Origin: a virus
Taxonomy: Duplodnaviria > Caudoviricetes
Length of the DNA: 35,348 bases
Reading direction: 5' to 3' (one strand)
Virus record (IMG/VR): IMGVR_UViG_3300032333_000173
Span: 1 to 35,348 of that record
The notes under the pieces: generated by a model
Database searches by the model: none
What the model was told of the DNA's origin: nothing
Seen by the model: only the letters and a program-made list of their open reading frames with translations
Translations under genes and position numbers: made by a program
Part shown: one piece after another, positions 33,582-35,348 of the stretch
How positions within the stretch are numbered: position 1 is the first letter of the stretch
Layout of the letters: each line of letters begins with the position of its first letter

Positions 33582-35348
33582 TATGCTAACCTCGCAATCG
33601 TGATTTGATTCGCTGTGAAACCGATTAGATCAGCGTCTGTAGCATCATTCAGTATCCAAACTTCTTCTCCCGCATTGATTAACCCAGTCCATGCACATGA
33701 GTTATGTCCGGCGGTGGTGCTTAATGTTCTGGCATCACCGACATTTAGCAACCCAACACTGATTCCCGTTGATCTAGCAATAACGCCCACATATTGATAA
33801 TTAGACACTGAATAAATCCCCGTGGTGTTTATAACGAACTTGTCACCATTTGCAGCATCGGGGACATAAGTAATATCAGTCCCGGACGATTCTGCAGCCG
33901 CTAAGAATCTTAACGTAGTTGTTGCGACAGTGCCGTGCAAGGTTCCATCGGTTCTGCGCATATATGAACCCAAAGGATTAAAGTTTGTCGCTAGCGAAGT
34001 AATCACCGGCCCTATGTCCAACGTGTTAGCGTCAACAATTTTACCGACCAATACCTGCAGACCAACAATCGGCTGAGTGCCTGTGAGTGCTCCAGCCGTA
34101 GTTTGATCGTTGTAAAAATAATCACCCAGTGGGGTTAGCCCATGGGCCGGAACTACTACACGACCACCACGCACAACAATGAAATCATTCGCGGTCACAT
34201 TAGTAACGACGCCTTCTGCTGCAAAGTTTGGGTTGTTAATGTCTGCGATAGCCAATTGCCATACTCCTGCAGAATCTTGATAAACCGCTTGTCCGAGTGT
34301 GAACCCGTGAGCGGCTTGATTAACGGGTATCGCCACTCCATTCAGAAGCGATAACTCATCGATTGCTTGTTGAACATCTGTTGCAATTAATCCGCTAGAT
34401 GTGTTGTTGTACATGATATTATCAGCGCCATCCATCGAGAAAGGAATTGCCCCAGCTCCAGCGTTTAAAGTAGCCGCGAATGCTCCTGCACCGAATTTTG
34501 CAGCCAAAAGATAATTAAAACTCCCGTTTCCGGTTACGCATGGATTCGCGCTTGTGATAAAGCTTGCGTTTCCACATAAAACGAATCCTGCAGTGGTTGT
34601 AACTAAATTCGGAACGCTTGTGGTAGATACACCCATAACACTGAAATTCAGAGATGTGCCGCCAGAGAAAACCATTTGTCCGCCGATAGCTCCGAATTGG
34701 TGAGACCAGCCTCCGCCAGTTCCTGAAAAATCCAAACAAATATTGTCATTATTATCCTGAATGCCTACAGTCACCTTGAAACAATTAAAATTTGCGTCTC
34801 CTGTTTGGACGATACATTTAGAACCGCCGGTTGAGTCATTCACTTGAAAATTAGAATCGGTTAAGTTCACTGCACTGCCGTTGGAATTTGACGCTGAAAA
34901 TAATGGAGTTGTAGAGCCAGCCTGCAAAATACAATTACAATCAATAACGTCTAATGATTGATTTAACACGCCGCCAAATATAAAAATCGAGTTAGCGGTG
35001 TTTTGAAAATTAATATTCTGAACAGACACTTGCCCGCCAAGGCTTTGAGTGAACACCCCTGTAATAAAAGTTGTATTCTTGCTTTCGCCTATTAAAGCCA
35101 ATGCGAAAGCAATAGCTGGGATAGTCAAATCCTCGGTGTAAACACCTGGCGATATAAAAATATTGCAATTTGCGGCTGCGGTATCAATTGCTTTTTGAAT
35201 TGTAAGAAATGGCTTAACGATTGACCCATCGCCAAGCGTATCGCTTCCGGTTTTGGTTACATACAGTTGATCTGTAATAGCAGGAAATTGGACTCCATCA
35301 CCGAATTCAAAACCATTGGTTGTAAAAGTTGTGGCTCGTCCGCCTTTA
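33581..35348 (-). CDS. Main part of junction-spanning tailspike/receptor-binding protein
   Basis: Frame is open to the contig end. Beta-helix entry motif LYV...GSD..GDGS..KPF.TIQKAI...I.PGVY.E.L; SGLIATDVQQAIDEL; NQAAHGF..GQAVY domain. Confidence 0.85.
   Translation of the reverse strand, partial: KGGRATTFTTNGFEFGDGVQFPAITDQLYVTKTGSDTLGDGSIVKPFLTIQKAIDTAAANCNIFISPGVYTEDLTIPAIAFALALIGESKNTTFITGVFTQSLGGQVSVQNINFQNTANSIFIFGGVLNQSLDVIDCNCILQAGSTTPLFSASNSNGSAVNLTDSNFQVNDSTGGSKCIVQTGDANFNCFKVTVGIQDNNDNICLDFSGTGGGWSHQFGAIGGQMVFSGGTSLNFSVMGVSTTSVPNLVTTTAGFVLCGNASFITSANPCVTGNGSFNYLLAAKFGAGAFAATLNAGAGAIPFSMDGADNIMYNNTSSGLIATDVQQAIDELSLLNGVAIPVNQAAHGFTLGQAVYQDSAGVWQLAIADINNPNFAAEGVVTNVTANDFIVVRGGRVVVPAHGLTPLGDYFYNDQTTAGALTGTQPIVGLQVLVGKIVDANTLDIGPVITSLATNFNPLGSYMRRTDGTLHGTVATTTLRFLAAAESSGTDITYVPDAANGDKFVINTTGIYSVSNYQYVGVIARSTGISVGLLNVGDARTLSTTAGHNSCAWTGLINAGEEVWILNDATDADLIGFTANQITIARLA
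35226..35348. repeat. Terminal direct repeat, right copy
   Basis: Identical to 1-123. Confidence 0.97.

Noticed and set aside
42-34354. All plus-strand ORFs in the track
   Set aside because: They are antisense shadows of tightly tiled minus-strand genes, with no recognisable motifs.
11568-34739. Nested minus-strand ORFs 11568..11783, 24160..24435 and 34515..34739 (also 1979..2200)
   Set aside because: Off-frame inside well-supported genes, with no protein-like features.
1-35348. Temperate lifestyle, tRNA genes, alternative genetic code, host assignment
   Set aside because: No integrase, partition or clear repressor gene and no tRNA cloverleaf seen. Genes tile fully with the standard code. 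Host evidence goes no further than a probable diderm that uses SD sequences.

Overview
A complete, circularly assembled tailed-phage genome. The last 123 bp (35226-35348) repeat 1-123, giving a 35,225-bp unit. It is AT-rich and every credible gene is on the minus strand. Gene order suggests a podovirus: TerS, TerL, a small regulator block, portal, scaffold, major capsid, decoration proteins, adaptor, nozzle, ejection proteins, collar-domain tail fibre and a lysis cassette (holin, spanin-like gene, M15 peptidase). Next come NinG-like and HNH nucleases, a recombination/SSB block and an early region of more than 30 small ORFs, including a clear Tad1-family anti-defence sponge and a pentapeptide-repeat protein. 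A second receptor-binding operon crosses the contig junction. I see no integrase, clear repressor, polymerase, primase, helicase, initiator, RT, tRNA or CRISPR array. The most unusual signals are non-coding. (1) Three early promoter-leader cassettes each carry a covarying 4-5 bp hairpin with an invariant AGAAAA loop followed by an AAATCAGAAA box, resembling nut/boxB sites. (2) Four structural-operon promoters have the palindrome ATTTAATTAAAT 21-22 bp upstream of the -10 instead of a -35. (3) Eight genes appear leaderless. (4) A three-hairpin RNA has a first loop complementary to its terminator loop, followed by a structured region, in a genome with no replication genes. All product calls come from motif recognition and synteny; no searches were run.
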